64,000 nucleotides of DNA from Coraliomargarita sp. (GTDB taxonomy: Bacteria > Verrucomicrobiota > Verrucomicrobiia > Opitutales > Coraliomargaritaceae), in NCBI GenBank assembly GCA_965216325.1, contig OZ244160.1, positions 640,001 through 704,000 on the forward strand. Reading direction: 5' to 3'. Position 1 is the first letter of the stretch; every line of letters begins with the position of its first letter. Positions 45,546 to 56,120 of the stretch are shown here, piece by piece. The notes under the pieces are model-generated. The model was given only the letters and a program-made list of their open reading frames with translations. It searched no databases and had not been told where the DNA came from. Made by a program: the position numbers and the translations under genes.

Positions 45546-48500
45546 ATGAAATTCCCCCTTACCCTAAACTCAGTGCTTCTACGTATTCTTCCCGCGGCTG
45601 CTCTCATCGCTGCCGGACTGACCACATCGCTAAACGCAGATCTAGCCCCCGAGGGGTATCGCGAACGGTGGGTTAATGGTATCACACAATTTGGCATAGG
45701 CCCGGCGAAGCATGCTAGATCTGAGTTTAGTAAGGCCTTAGATGGCGAAACAAAGACCACTTACATTACAGCTAAGGTCCCCGGGCCTGTCTTTGTTGGT
45801 TATGACCTTGGTAAGCCCGCAAAGCCTCTTATCCTTCGATATAAGCCACGGAAAGGTTTTGAGAGTCATCTGGTGGGAGGCCAATTTCAGGGCTCCAATG
45901 AAAGTCCCTACACTGGCTATGTGACCTTGCATGAGGTTGGTGTGAAGCCATCAAAGAAATGGCAGACGGTTTCGTTGAATGTAGAAGGCAGCTATCGCTA
46001 CTTCCGCTATCTGGCCCCGCATGGTCGCCGCGGGCATCTCAATGAGTTTATATTTGATGTTGAGTATTCAGAGCCTGAGTCTGAGCTGGCACCTGTATTA
46101 CCTCCATCCTTGGGGCTGACTCCGGGACCCGAGTTAACACCGGATCCTGAGGCTGCGGCACTCAGCCTTTCAGCGAAATCAATTGGTCAGCAAGGTGTAT
46201 CGTTTGTATTTGATTTAGCCAAAGCTGAGCGTGTCTCAGCCGCAGTATATGATCAGAATGATCGTCAGGTTAGGACATTGCTATATGGAGAAGAATTCAG
46301 TTCGGGGCTGCACAAATTACTCTGGGATGGATTGGACCGGAATGGCCAAGCGGTCGCTGCAGGTGACTATACCTTGAAGTTGTTACGCTCGAACGGTCTG
46401 AAGGCAGAGTATATTACGTCGCTTGGAATCAATCCGGACTCGAATCCTTATGACACATGGGTGGGCAATCATGATGGGGCTGCATCTGTTGCAGTGGATT
46501 CCACGGGAATGTATATTGCCGCGCAAAAAACGGAAACGGCACCGGTCTTGTTGAAGCAGAGTTTGGATGGCACTGTGCGTCACTGGACTGTCACTCGGAA
46601 CGATGTAACTGAAGGGCGTTTTCAAGGAGGGATCTCGCTGGCGACCGATAAGGCCGGGCGCGTTTTCATGTTGCAGCAGAATGGTTGGTTGCAGGTGATC
46701 CGTGCTTCGGATGGTGATTTACGCGATAGTTGGGATGTCTTGCCCGCAAACGTAAGCCGCTCCAGTGCTACCTATGAGCTGCTCTATGAGCATAGTGAAA
46801 CTCGTGTGGCCGAGGCGGACTTGGCCTTTGGTGCTTCGACGCTGGTCGTCAGTTTTCGTGACGAAAATCTCATTCGCTGGGTTGATCCCGAATCGGGTGT
46901 CATTTTGGCCGATATTAGCGTGGCTGAGCCACGAGGGCTTGCAGTGTCCAACAAGGGAGAAGTCTATGTTGTCTCGGGCAGTCATATCCTGCGCGTTGAA
47001 AGTAATGGCTCAACTCAGGTCATCGTTAGCGCGGAGTTAGCTGCTCCGCAGCGAATTTGTATTGATATCGACAATACACTGTTGGTTACCGATGGCGTTA
47101 CCAATACACAGGTGAAGCGTTTCTCCCTGTCCGGTGAATTGCTCGCGACGTATGGGCACTCAGAAGGCCGCGGCATGGGTGCTTATATTGCGTCGGATTA
47201 TTATGCCGTCCGCGACATTACCTCAGATGGACAGGGTGGGTATTTGATCTCTGAGCCAGAATGTCCGCCGCGGCGCATCGCACATTTTCAGGGCGATGGA
47301 ACGGTCTTGAACGAATGGTATGGTGGACAGCCCTATTATGCCTGGGCAGAGCCGGATCCGCGTGATTCCAGTAAGGTCTGGGTCTTTAGCGGAGATGGTT
47401 TAATCTTTGCTGAAGTTGATTTTGATCAGCATGATTGGCGTGTCCTCGAGACTTGGGATGTCGGTGCTTTGACGAATGGTTTGATGAAGCACGACGATGG
47501 GCACGTGGCTCGATGGCGTGTGCTGTATTCAGGTGAGCAATGTTTTTTGGTCAGTGAGGAGGAGCCACAAGTCCTACGCCGCGAGCCTGGCAAGTTGATT
47601 CCCTATTCAGTCTCTAGTAATGACTCGGACGAGCTGGCTCGGGCGATTGAAATTGCGGGTTGGACTAGTTCGGCCAAATCTTTCCGCTGGTTGGATACGA
47701 ACGGAGATGGCATTCCGCAGCCGGCAGAGTTTACATTCTCAGGCAGTAGTTCAGAGCCCAAAGGAGAGCATGTCGCCAGTGATTTTTCCTTATTGGACTA
47801 TGACCGAAGCAGCACTTCGTTTGCAGTGGTCAGAACAGAGCCGAAGTGGACGCAGTTTGGTCCTTACTATCCGGTTGGCGGGGAGGCCGGTATGGATACG
47901 ACCGTCGCTGAAACAGCAACTATCAGTCGTGCGGGAACGCGTGGTAGTGGAGTCTATCGTGATGCGGAGGGCGCATACTATGGGCATTTCAATATCGACA
48001 ATGAAGCGCATGGTATGGCGTGGCCGACCTATTGGGCGGGGATCTCGCGTTTTGTTAAATGGAGTGAGTCCGGAGATGAATTATGGAGTGTGGGGCGGCA
48101 TGCCTATCATGGTGGCTTAGCTGGCACGACGAATAGCCGAGCCTATTTGAAGACGCCAAATGGGCAGATGCATGTGCCATCTCGAGTGATTGGAGAGACC
48201 GAGAATGCAGTGGTATTGGCAGACCGGGTTGAATCGATGGGCACTGTTTGGACGAAAGATGGTCTCTATGTTGGAGCCTTACTCGAAGATCGTATTGAGG
48301 ATGGCTTACCGGACTCTGTGTATTCATGGAATGTGACTGCAACTGGAGCTGATGCGATCACTACGACCGATAACGCTACGGGCGGGAGTCTCTGCCAATA
48401 TCCTGACGGGAGAGTCGTCTGGCTCACACAGGGGCGCAACAGTGTGCCGATGTATGCAATAACTGGCTGGGGTGAGTGGGCACGTTCAGAACTCGGTTTC

Positions 48501-49454
48501 ACTTTGGAGTCCTCAGCTGTGCAGGCAAAGGCTGCTGGGAATGGTTTACTGGCTCACTACTTCAACGGCGCGAATTTTGATGCAGCCGCAGGCTCCCGCA
48601 CGGAGACTCAGGTGTGGCATGGCTTAAATGTAAACGCGGCTGAGTGGGACGAGGTGATCGATGGCTTCAACGGAGCTATCTATGATTGGACAAATGGTGC
48701 TGAGTATGTTGATAGTTCGAAACCATTTTCGGTGCGTTGGATGGGGGAACTCGAAGCACCCACAACCGAATCCTTTACCTTCTCAGTGTATGCCAGAGGT
48801 GGCGCGCGACTGTGGCTAAATGGTCGTCAAATACTCTTCCATTGGAATGAGATGAGCGCTCGGTTGGAGTCCGAACCGATTGATTTGTTCGCCGCAGAGC
48901 GTTACCATATTCAATTGGATTATTATACAACGAGTGCGGATGCCGCGGTAAGTTTGAATTGGGAGTCGATGAGTATCGACCGCCAGCGTATTCCGACCAA
49001 GTATCTATATGCCACGTCGGGGGTAGCCGTAGAAACCGCATCGCGAACAACTCGTGACACGCTGCTTGCTTCCAGCTTTGAGGTCGCTTCCTCTGGAATT
49101 CTCGATTCCGATGTCGATGTGTATTCGGTTCAAGGCTTACGCCAACGGTCGTTTGGTCAATCAGGTGCCTTCCTTGGCTATGAACGCGTTCTATTCTCGG
49201 GCAAAGAAACTCAGTTGGTTGTGCATGGGACTGGTGAGGAATCAGGCGACCATCTTGATTTTGATGTCACTCTGGAAGTTCGTTTGGGTAGCCCGAATGG
49301 AAGCTTACTCGCAGAAGTCATCATGCCGAAAACAATCGACACTGTATCGGTTCCACTGAGCACAGTCCTCAGCGGAGAGCATGACTTATATATCGTTAAC
49401 CGGACGACGGATGAGTGGCATTATATTGAGCTGCGCTGGATCCGTTTTGAATAA
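45546..49454 (+). CDS. Large secreted multidomain protein (galactose-binding-like, FlgD-Ig, beta-propeller, PA14, CBM-like)
   Basis: Signal peptide; FQGSN...YRYFRY; VRTL...WDGLDRNG; WLDTNGDG; FSVRWMG...GGARLWLNG (PA14); EVRLGSPNG...GEHDLYIV (CBM6-like). Confidence 0.75.
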   Translation: MKFPLTLNSVLLRILPAAALIAAGLTTSLNADLAPEGYRERWVNGITQFGIGPAKHARSEFSKALDGETKTTYITAKVPGPVFVGYDLGKPAKPLILRYKPRKGFESHLVGGQFQGSNESPYTGYVTLHEVGVKPSKKWQTVSLNVEGSYRYFRYLAPHGRRGHLNEFIFDVEYSEPESELAPVLPPSLGLTPGPELTPDPEAAALSLSAKSIGQQGVSFVFDLAKAERVSAAVYDQNDRQVRTLLYGEEFSSGLHKLLWDGLDRNGQAVAAGDYTLKLLRSNGLKAEYITSLGINPDSNPYDTWVGNHDGAASVAVDSTGMYIAAQKTETAPVLLKQSLDGTVRHWTVTRNDVTEGRFQGGISLATDKAGRVFMLQQNGWLQVIRASDGDLRDSWDVLPANVSRSSATYELLYEHSETRVAEADLAFGASTLVVSFRDENLIRWVDPESGVILADISVAEPRGLAVSNKGEVYVVSGSHILRVESNGSTQVIVSAELAAPQRICIDIDNTLLVTDGVTNTQVKRFSLSGELLATYGHSEGRGMGAYIASDYYAVRDITSDGQGGYLISEPECPPRRIAHFQGDGTVLNEWYGGQPYYAWAEPDPRDSSKVWVFSGDGLIFAEVDFDQHDWRVLETWDVGALTNGLMKHDDGHVARWRVLYSGEQCFLVSEEEPQVLRREPGKLIPYSVSSNDSDELARAIEIAGWTSSAKSFRWLDTNGDGIPQPAEFTFSGSSSEPKGEHVASDFSLLDYDRSSTSFAVVRTEPKWTQFGPYYPVGGEAGMDTTVAETATISRAGTRGSGVYRDAEGAYYGHFNIDNEAHGMAWPTYWAGISRFVKWSESGDELWSVGRHAYHGGLAGTTNSRAYLKTPNGQMHVPSRVIGETENAVVLADRVESMGTVWTKDGLYVGALLEDRIEDGLPDSVYSWNVTATGADAITTTDNATGGSLCQYPDGRVVWLTQGRNSVPMYAITGWGEWARSELGFTLESSAVQAKAAGNGLLAHYFNGANFDAAAGSRTETQVWHGLNVNAAEWDEVIDGFNGAIYDWTNGAEYVDSSKPFSVRWMGELEAPTTESFTFSVYARGGARLWLNGRQILFHWNEMSARLESEPIDLFAAERYHIQLDYYTTSADAAVSLNWESMSIDRQRIPTKYLYATSGVAVETASRTTRDTLLASSFEVASSGILDSDVDVYSVQGLRQRSFGQSGAFLGYERVLFSGKETQLVVHGTGEESGDHLDFDVTLEVRLGSPNGSLLAEVIMPKTIDTVSVPLSTVLSGEHDLYIVNRTTDEWHYIELRWIRFE

Positions 49455-49475
49455 GCCGGGGTGTTTCGCCGAGAG

Positions 49476-50651
49476 CTAAGACTTCAGTCCAATTTTTCGT
49501 AATAGACGTCCACCCAGTATCTTTATCTGAGCTGAGAAGTATTCGCCCACCAGCCTGAGAAATAAGCGGTGTTCACCTTTGCCGCACCAGAAGATTGAGA
49601 CGTCTTTGCGAAATGGGTTCGCTTTCACCAGTGCGCGAGCAAAGCCCTTGTTAAACATAAACTCAATGGACTGTGGCATCATCCAGACGATACGTCCCGA
49701 ACCCGCGGCTTCGGGCTGTTCCTCGCCACCGGTGAGGCTCGTATACAGGGCTTGATCGACTTCAATTCCCTCTAGGTGCATCGCTGGCACCGTTGTGGTG
49801 CAGCGCCCAAGATGTGGATCAATGAGTCTGTAGTCGCCAGGTGAGCGCTCGATCCAGTCGAATCCTGTGATACCACTGATTTTACCCGCGTTGGCAATCT
49901 GCTTACAGATTTCACCGAGTGCATGTTGTTTGGTGAACTGCCTCAGTGCAGAAGGGCCAAGTCCACCAGCCAAGCAGGCAAATTTCTCCGAAGAGCAGTG
50001 GGCGTAGACTTTGCCATCTTTACAGATGAAAGTGGTCGAGCCGAGTGGTCCGGAGCTATATTCCTGCACGACCCAAGTCTCTGAGATCGAAGGATCCAAG
50101 CTCTCTAACTGCTGTTCGAGTTCGGTCTCACTATTTAGGACAAAGACAGTCTTGCCCCCTGAGCCAACGGCTCCTTTGAGAACGAGTGGATACCCAATTT
50201 TTGCTGCGTGTTCCATGATCTCAGAAATATTCTCGGCAATATACGCCTTGGGGACAGGAATCGAATGTGCGACACACCATTTGTGAAATTCGACCTTATC
50301 GGTTGAAGCTTCGAAGAGGCCGGAATCTTTAGGGAAGGGCAGATAGGGCTGTAGGGCATGATGGTCGGACTCCTTATAGAGGAGTGCACGCGCGGGTTCG
50401 TCGACGCAGATTACGGCATCATAATTTCGCTGCTCAATAGCACTGAGCAGGGTCGGTAGAAAGCTATCCGGATTCTCAAAAGGCATATGTTTCCTCAACC
50501 ATGCAGAGTGACGAATTACGTGGTCGGGAGGGCTCATGGCGTCTACGGTAATGAGTTTGTTTTTGCCCAATGCCCATGGATATGCAGTGAAGCTGCTGCT
50601 AAAACGCCCGTAGATTAATAAGACGTTAACTGCTGACCTGTTATTGCCCAT
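49476..50651 (-). CDS. ATP-grasp family protein
   Basis: DK...IPVPK, GYPLVLKGAVGSGG, VVQEY and GFDWI. Confidence 0.8.
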   Translation of the reverse strand: MGNNRSAVNVLLIYGRFSSSFTAYPWALGKNKLITVDAMSPPDHVIRHSAWLRKHMPFENPDSFLPTLLSAIEQRNYDAVICVDEPARALLYKESDHHALQPYLPFPKDSGLFEASTDKVEFHKWCVAHSIPVPKAYIAENISEIMEHAAKIGYPLVLKGAVGSGGKTVFVLNSETELEQQLESLDPSISETWVVQEYSSGPLGSTTFICKDGKVYAHCSSEKFACLAGGLGPSALRQFTKQHALGEICKQIANAGKISGITGFDWIERSPGDYRLIDPHLGRCTTTVPAMHLEGIEVDQALYTSLTGGEEQPEAAGSGRIVWMMPQSIEFMFNKGFARALVKANPFRKDVSIFWCGKGEHRLFLRLVGEYFSAQIKILGGRLLRKIGLKS

Positions 50652-50909
50652 ATTCGCTACTATCGTCGTGGTGACGGAACTAAGGCAAGCGAATAGCGGG
50701 GCGCGTAGTGCTCCGGGGGCGCGGATTGATTCTGTCTCGACTTATATGGGCGAATTCAGAATCTTTGTTAATGGCTACGAGCGATGCTGCGCACATAGTC
50801 ACATTCTCGTCACTTACTAACCCATTACGCTCAGGAATCCTATAGCCATCTGTATGCTTCAATTTGCAGTCATTACTGAGTGCGGCGCTGCTGTTAAGAT
50901 CGATTCTGT

Positions 50910-52220
50910 ATGCTTAAGACCATGAAGGGCGAGGGGACTGGCAAACGCAGCAGGCTCCGAAGGTGGGGTATACTCTTGTCGACCTTCTTCGCGGGACAAG
51001 GGTCGATGCAAGTGTTACAGCTGCTGACGGGCTTTCTCCTGATCAACTGGTTGAGTAAAGATGTCTATGCCGACTATACATTGGTTGTCGCGATCACCGG
51101 CACGACTTCGTTGTTGGTGAGTCTTGGGTTTTCACAATGTTTGACCGGATTGATTGGTGCGAATGTGAAGGATTCAACGCTTGTTGGGCGTTATCTGGCA
51201 GCATGCTTATATTATAGAAATCGCCTGCTCGTTTTGGGGAGTCTTGGCTTGCTTCCAATTCTTCTCTACATTGCCAACGGTGTTGGATGGTCGTTGAGTG
51301 GGGCGCTTGTTTTTTGGGGCTTAATTTCAGTGGGCCTTTACTTTCAGGCCCAGCAATCGGTCTTTCGTCCCGTGCTGCTATTGGAGGAGCGTCTATCTAA
51401 ACTGTATGCGATTAGTTTAGCCTCTAGCCTAATCCGCTTTGTGCTACTTCTCGCGGCCTACCTGTGTGGTTTGCTTTCGGCTCCGATCGCAATCGCATGT
51501 GGTGTCATTCAGGAATTGATCATCGGTGTTGGCAATTGGCAGGCAACCAAGCGCGCTATCTCGTGGCCCAGTGCTGTGGCTGACTTTCGGAATGAACGCA
51601 GCGAAGTATGGGGGCAGACAGTTCCGCGTATGCCGAGCTTGGTTTTTACTGCGTTTAGCGGGCAGCTCATGGTCTTTTTTATCGGTATCTTTGGGACTAA
51701 AGACGGTATTGCTGAAATTGGTGCGCTGAGTCGTTTAGCGATGCTCTTTGTAGTGCTGAAAAAAGCATCCGGGGTGCTGGTGGCTCCATACTTTGCGAAG
51801 CTGAATGCGTCACAAGTGCCAGGTCGGGTTGGCCTGACCTATGCCGGACTCGTAGCTTTAATCGTTGGAGTGAGTTTACCTGTGTTTCTTTACCCGGACC
51901 CACTGTTATGGATCTTGGGCGATGGTTACCAGCATCTTGGTTATGAGGCCTTTCTCGTCGTGCTGGCTGCGTTGATACGAGTTAGTTCGATGTTGATTTT
52001 CTCGGTGTGTAATGCGCGTAAGATTGTCTTTGCTTGGTATTCGATAGTCGACGTGCTGCCGCAAGTTGCAGTCATTGCACTCTGGTTGTTATGCTTTGAT
52101 TTGTCCGTTTTGGAGAACGTGCTTTATTTCGCCATTGCGATTGCCTGCGTGAAGCTGTTGTCCAAGTCGTTTATCCTGTTTTGTGGTTTGCGGCAAGCGA
52201 AGCGATCTGCTGATTCTTGA
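50910..52220 (+). CDS. wzx: Wzx-like polysaccharide flippase
   Basis: About 12 TM helices; MOP-type N-terminus (LSKDVYADYTL); lies in an EPS locus. Confidence 0.7.
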   Translation: MLKTMKGEGTGKRSRLRRWGILLSTFFAGQGSMQVLQLLTGFLLINWLSKDVYADYTLVVAITGTTSLLVSLGFSQCLTGLIGANVKDSTLVGRYLAACLYYRNRLLVLGSLGLLPILLYIANGVGWSLSGALVFWGLISVGLYFQAQQSVFRPVLLLEERLSKLYAISLASSLIRFVLLLAAYLCGLLSAPIAIACGVIQELIIGVGNWQATKRAISWPSAVADFRNERSEVWGQTVPRMPSLVFTAFSGQLMVFFIGIFGTKDGIAEIGALSRLAMLFVVLKKASGVLVAPYFAKLNASQVPGRVGLTYAGLVALIVGVSLPVFLYPDPLLWILGDGYQHLGYEAFLVVLAALIRVSSMLIFSVCNARKIVFAWYSIVDVLPQVAVIALWLLCFDLSVLENVLYFAIAIACVKLLSKSFILFCGLRQAKRSADS

Positions 52221-53239
52221 CTTTTGATGCTATGAGTAGTGATGAACCAGGGCCAGTGCATGCGCAGTTGCAGCAGTATCTTGAGGAGACTTTGGGATGC
52301 GGGGAATTTTCGGTGGTTCATGTGGCCGAGCGGACGAGTCGTGAGAACTACATCATTCAGCAAGCGAGTGGTCAGCGTTCTATTTTGCACACCAAGAAGG
52401 GACAGCCCACGGAACTCTATGCGGGGGCAATCGAGTTTCAGATGTATTTGCAAAGGTGTGGCGCACCTGTCGCGAAGACGATCGGTGTGCCGACTTATTT
52501 GGATGCGGCGGATTGTTCGGTTCAATTGTGTGAGTTTGTGGATGGTCAGCATCTGAGCGTCTTCAAGCCGGAGGATGCTTATGCCTTGGGGCAGTCGATT
52601 GCTGGTTTACACCAATTCAGTTTGGCTGCGGTCGCAGAAGGGCGTTTTGATCACGCGCTGCCAGTGCCTCCAGTGAGTCGTTCATTGCGTAAAGCACGGC
52701 GGCGGCAGACGCTTCGTGGGCTTGGCAGTTATCTGAAAGCAATCATAGGTGCAAAACAACACGCGCCTGTGAGTTGGGTTTGGGATGCGCTGAGGCAGCC
52801 CAAGGATCTGGTTTCGAAGGTCCATGCATTGCCTGAGGGCTATACGCATGGCGACTTACATGCATCCAATCTATTTTACCAGCATAGCGAAGGGCTCGCG
52901 CAGCTAGTTGCGTATATCGATTTTGAGTATGCCAACTTCAGGCCTTTGGTCTGTGATATCGGTGATTGTATCGCCAAAACGATTTGCAAGGACACACTAC
53001 ATTACGAGGACGCAAAAGCGAATGTTGAAAGCTTGCTTGCGGGGTATCAATCAGTGCGCCGTTTGGAGTCCAATGAGCTACAAGCCATTCCGCTCGCCCT
53101 ACGCCAGCGGCTGAACAAGGTTTTACTGCGTCAAGTTTGCCGTTGGCACCGTTTGTCGCAGGATGCTGCGGAGCAGTTCATTCGCAACCAGGCTTGTCTT
53201 CGAGAACTAGAGGAGAAGTTCCTGAATCGTCTGCCTTAA
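52217..53239 (+). CDS. APH/choline-kinase-like phosphotransferase
   Basis: Brenner motif HGDLHASN and YIDFE. Confidence 0.8.
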   Translation: MTFDAMSSDEPGPVHAQLQQYLEETLGCGEFSVVHVAERTSRENYIIQQASGQRSILHTKKGQPTELYAGAIEFQMYLQRCGAPVAKTIGVPTYLDAADCSVQLCEFVDGQHLSVFKPEDAYALGQSIAGLHQFSLAAVAEGRFDHALPVPPVSRSLRKARRRQTLRGLGSYLKAIIGAKQHAPVSWVWDALRQPKDLVSKVHALPEGYTHGDLHASNLFYQHSEGLAQLVAYIDFEYANFRPLVCDIGDCIAKTICKDTLHYEDAKANVESLLAGYQSVRRLESNELQAIPLALRQRLNKVLLRQVCRWHRLSQDAAEQFIRNQACLRELEEKFLNRLP

Positions 53240-53808
53240 GCGTCCGTGGAGTTGATTACTCGGTCTTTAATCGGTCTACATGGATTGCCCGCGCAAATTT
53301 TCCACGCTGGCATCGCTTTAGTGACCACTGAATTTGCACCGATCACGCAACCTCGGCCGAGCGTGATACCCGGGCCAATGAAGGCACCGGAAGCCACCCA
53401 GCTTTCGGCTTCAATATGAATTGGCTTAAACTGTAACTGGAAGTGGGGATCACTTGGGTCATGCGTGCCCGTGCACAGGTGACTGTGTTGAGAGATGACC
53501 GTCATTGAATCGATCTGCAGGGTGGCGAAATTGAGGATGCGTGTGTGGTGAGCCAATGCAACGTAGTCCCCCAACTGAAGGTTCCACGGCATGAGGATAT
53601 CCACGCCGTATTGAATATTACAATTCTGACCAATCTCTGCTCCACATAAACGCAGCATTCCGATACGCAGCTGTCGAGTGGGTAGCAGACGATAGAGGGG
53701 CTTTAAAAAAAACTGCCAAATGCCGCGCTTGATCTTCAGTCCGGTGCTCCAGTTGGTGCGACACTGACTGAGGTCAATTTTAAAGGACTCGGGATCGTGG
53801 CTACTCAT
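53236..53808 (-). CDS. wcaF: WcaF-like hexapeptide-repeat O-acetyltransferase
   Basis: MPWNL, ISQHSHLCTGTHD, IGANSVV and AGNPCR. Confidence 0.88.
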   Translation of the reverse strand: MSSHDPESFKIDLSQCRTNWSTGLKIKRGIWQFFLKPLYRLLPTRQLRIGMLRLCGAEIGQNCNIQYGVDILMPWNLQLGDYVALAHHTRILNFATLQIDSMTVISQHSHLCTGTHDPSDPHFQLQFKPIHIEAESWVASGAFIGPGITLGRGCVIGANSVVTKAMPAWKICAGNPCRPIKDRVINSTDA

Positions 53809-53810
53809 AC

Positions 53811-54965
53811 TTAAGTGATTTCTAATTGAATAGTCTGAACCAGTCGCTTTGTCGATTCGCGGATGTCAAAATTTGTTTGGAAGACCTGTTTGGCCGCTTG
53901 AGCCATTGCGCTGCGTTCTTCCACGGACATCGATAGCCATTGCTCTAGGAGTGCGTGCGTTCCCGCGAGTGTGTCCTCCTCAACTAGACCCGCCGCTCCG
54001 CTCTGTATTTCACTCCAGATATTTACTTTATTGGAAATCAGCACCGGAGTCGCGACCGATAGAGCTTCCGCGACGACAATGCCAAAATTCTCCTGATGTG
54101 AGGGTAAGACGAGTGCTTCGGCAGCGGATAACGCTTGCAGCTTGAACGCTCCTGACAATGCGCCGACCCAATGGATACCTGTTTGGTCAAAGCGGTTGCG
54201 GATTTGCTGGGCGTAGTCGGGTTGCTGTTCGGGGCCTGCTATGACCAGGTCAGGCATCTCCGCAGAGGACTTTCTGAGGTCCGTATAAGCCTCGACGAGA
54301 AGGTCCAAGCCTTTCTTCTCCTGAATGCGCGACATGAACAGCAGAAAGGGGCGCTTCCCCCATGTCGGGGGGGATTCACTAAACTGCTGGAGTAAAGACT
54401 GCTCACTTTGGTCCGGTGCATTCGTTCCGTAGCCAATAACTTTTTCGTTCACCGTATAGGGGGCGAAGCTTTGACGTGCTAGACGGCATTCCTCTGAGCA
54501 GGTGAACAGCACGGCCTTGGCATGCTTCAGCACTCGATGCTCATAGCGCCAATACAACTGCTTTTTGAGTTTTTTGAGCGGATAGGTTTTGTTAAACCAC
54601 GGGTCGAGCATTCCGTGCGGGAAAATGTAGTAGGGCACGCCCTGCGCGATACATGCGTTGGCAGTCGCTAGGCCGTGATACTGCCAGTTGCCATGAATGA
54701 TGACCGCATCAAATTGAGTTAACTGTGTGTTGAGCCACTCGCGTAGTTTGGGTGCGTAACTATAAGCGCCGAATTTACCTGGCCCCAAGGCATGCACCGT
54801 CCAAGGCAGGGCAGTCGCTTCGTGAGCTAAGCTCTCCGCACGATCCAGACTGGCAATTTCGACTTCGACTCCGAGTTCGGTCATCACCTTGGAGCTTTGC
54901 TTTAAGCCTTCGATTGGACCGCCGGATTCAGGCGAGATGGTATGAATGACACGCAGGAGCTTCAT
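53811..54965 (-). CDS. GT4 glycosyltransferase
   Basis: PHGMLDPW, SRIQEKKG and PSHQENFGIVVAEA. Confidence 0.92.
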   Translation of the reverse strand: MKLLRVIHTISPESGGPIEGLKQSSKVMTELGVEVEIASLDRAESLAHEATALPWTVHALGPGKFGAYSYAPKLREWLNTQLTQFDAVIIHGNWQYHGLATANACIAQGVPYYIFPHGMLDPWFNKTYPLKKLKKQLYWRYEHRVLKHAKAVLFTCSEECRLARQSFAPYTVNEKVIGYGTNAPDQSEQSLLQQFSESPPTWGKRPFLLFMSRIQEKKGLDLLVEAYTDLRKSSAEMPDLVIAGPEQQPDYAQQIRNRFDQTGIHWVGALSGAFKLQALSAAEALVLPSHQENFGIVVAEALSVATPVLISNKVNIWSEIQSGAAGLVEEDTLAGTHALLEQWLSMSVEERSAMAQAAKQVFQTNFDIRESTKRLVQTIQLEIT

Positions 54966-56116
54966 TTGAAATCGTGTGCAATGACCTCTTGATAGAGTTC
55001 GTGATACGCTTTGGCTGACGCAGCGTTGGTAAACTGAGCCGCAAAATTGCGAGCGGTTTCTTGCAGTGCGGACTTTTGCTCGGTGGTTTGCTGCATGTAG
55101 TCGAGGGCTGCAGCTGCGAGTTCGTGCGCCTCAGATCCATTGCCCACTGTGAGGCTAGAGAGCGCATTCAAAGAGCGCATGGGTTCCATTTTGTAAGTTG
55201 CCACCGGACAGCCGCAGGCTTGTGCTTCAATGATCGGCCAACCGAAGCCTTCTACGTGCGAGGGGAAGAGGAGGAGTTCGGCTCCTCGGTAGAGCTCGCT
55301 CAGTTCTTGGTCGGAAATGCCGCTCTGATAATAAATGCGCTCTTTCAGCGAGGTGCACTGGGTTGCATCGAGCACCTCATCGCTAAATTCAGGTCCTACG
55401 ATCAGCAAGTCCAGTTGAGGATGACTGGCTGCAAGAATGGAGAAGATTTCCAAGACTGCTTTGCGATTCTTATACCATTTTTCACCACCAATGTGCATGA
55501 CGTATGGCTGTGTGTTCGTAGATGCTTCAGAAGTGGTTTTTGCTGCTTGGATGAAATGATCGTTGAGTGCATTCGGGATGAGGTGCTGTCGGGCGAGCTG
55601 CGTGCCGACCAGTCGCGCTACATCCTGACGTGTGGCTTCCGACACACTTGCTATATAACGGCTGCGCTTCAGACCACGTAGAATCATTGCTTGCTGTTGC
55701 TTGCCGGTCCATCTCGGTTCGTGCTGAGGAATTTCACCGAGTGCGCAGCGTATCGCGAGTAAGTCGTGGCAGGTGACTAGGTGGGGGGTGCTTTGCAGAT
55801 ACTTTGCGTATGGGGCGTTGGAGTGGTCGATGATGTGCACCAAGGTTTCCGGTGGCAGCTGCTTAAGTTTACGTCGTAGCAGCCAAGGGAAGACCAGATA
55901 TTTATCGATATAGCCAATCCATTTGCCAATGCCGGAGCCCTTGGCTCCAAGCTTCCCGATCAGCACTGGAACTGCGTAAATCTCGACCGATAGGCCACGC
56001 ACTTGAAGGCCTTCCGCAAGCTGTTCTGTAAAGCGACGCATACTATACTGCCGATCGGGAGGATAATTTGCGAGCAGCACAATATGCGGATCTGATTGTG
56101 GCGAGGGCGAGGACAT
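54962..56116 (-). CDS. GT4 glycosyltransferase
   Basis: TCHDL and FPSHVEGFGWPIIEAQACG; ATG at 56116 chosen as start. Confidence 0.9.
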   Translation of the reverse strand: MSSPSPQSDPHIVLLANYPPDRQYSMRRFTEQLAEGLQVRGLSVEIYAVPVLIGKLGAKGSGIGKWIGYIDKYLVFPWLLRRKLKQLPPETLVHIIDHSNAPYAKYLQSTPHLVTCHDLLAIRCALGEIPQHEPRWTGKQQQAMILRGLKRSRYIASVSEATRQDVARLVGTQLARQHLIPNALNDHFIQAAKTTSEASTNTQPYVMHIGGEKWYKNRKAVLEIFSILAASHPQLDLLIVGPEFSDEVLDATQCTSLKERIYYQSGISDQELSELYRGAELLLFPSHVEGFGWPIIEAQACGCPVATYKMEPMRSLNALSSLTVGNGSEAHELAAAALDYMQQTTEQKSALQETARNFAAQFTNAASAKAYHELYQEVIAHDFK

Positions 56117-56120
56117 GTTT

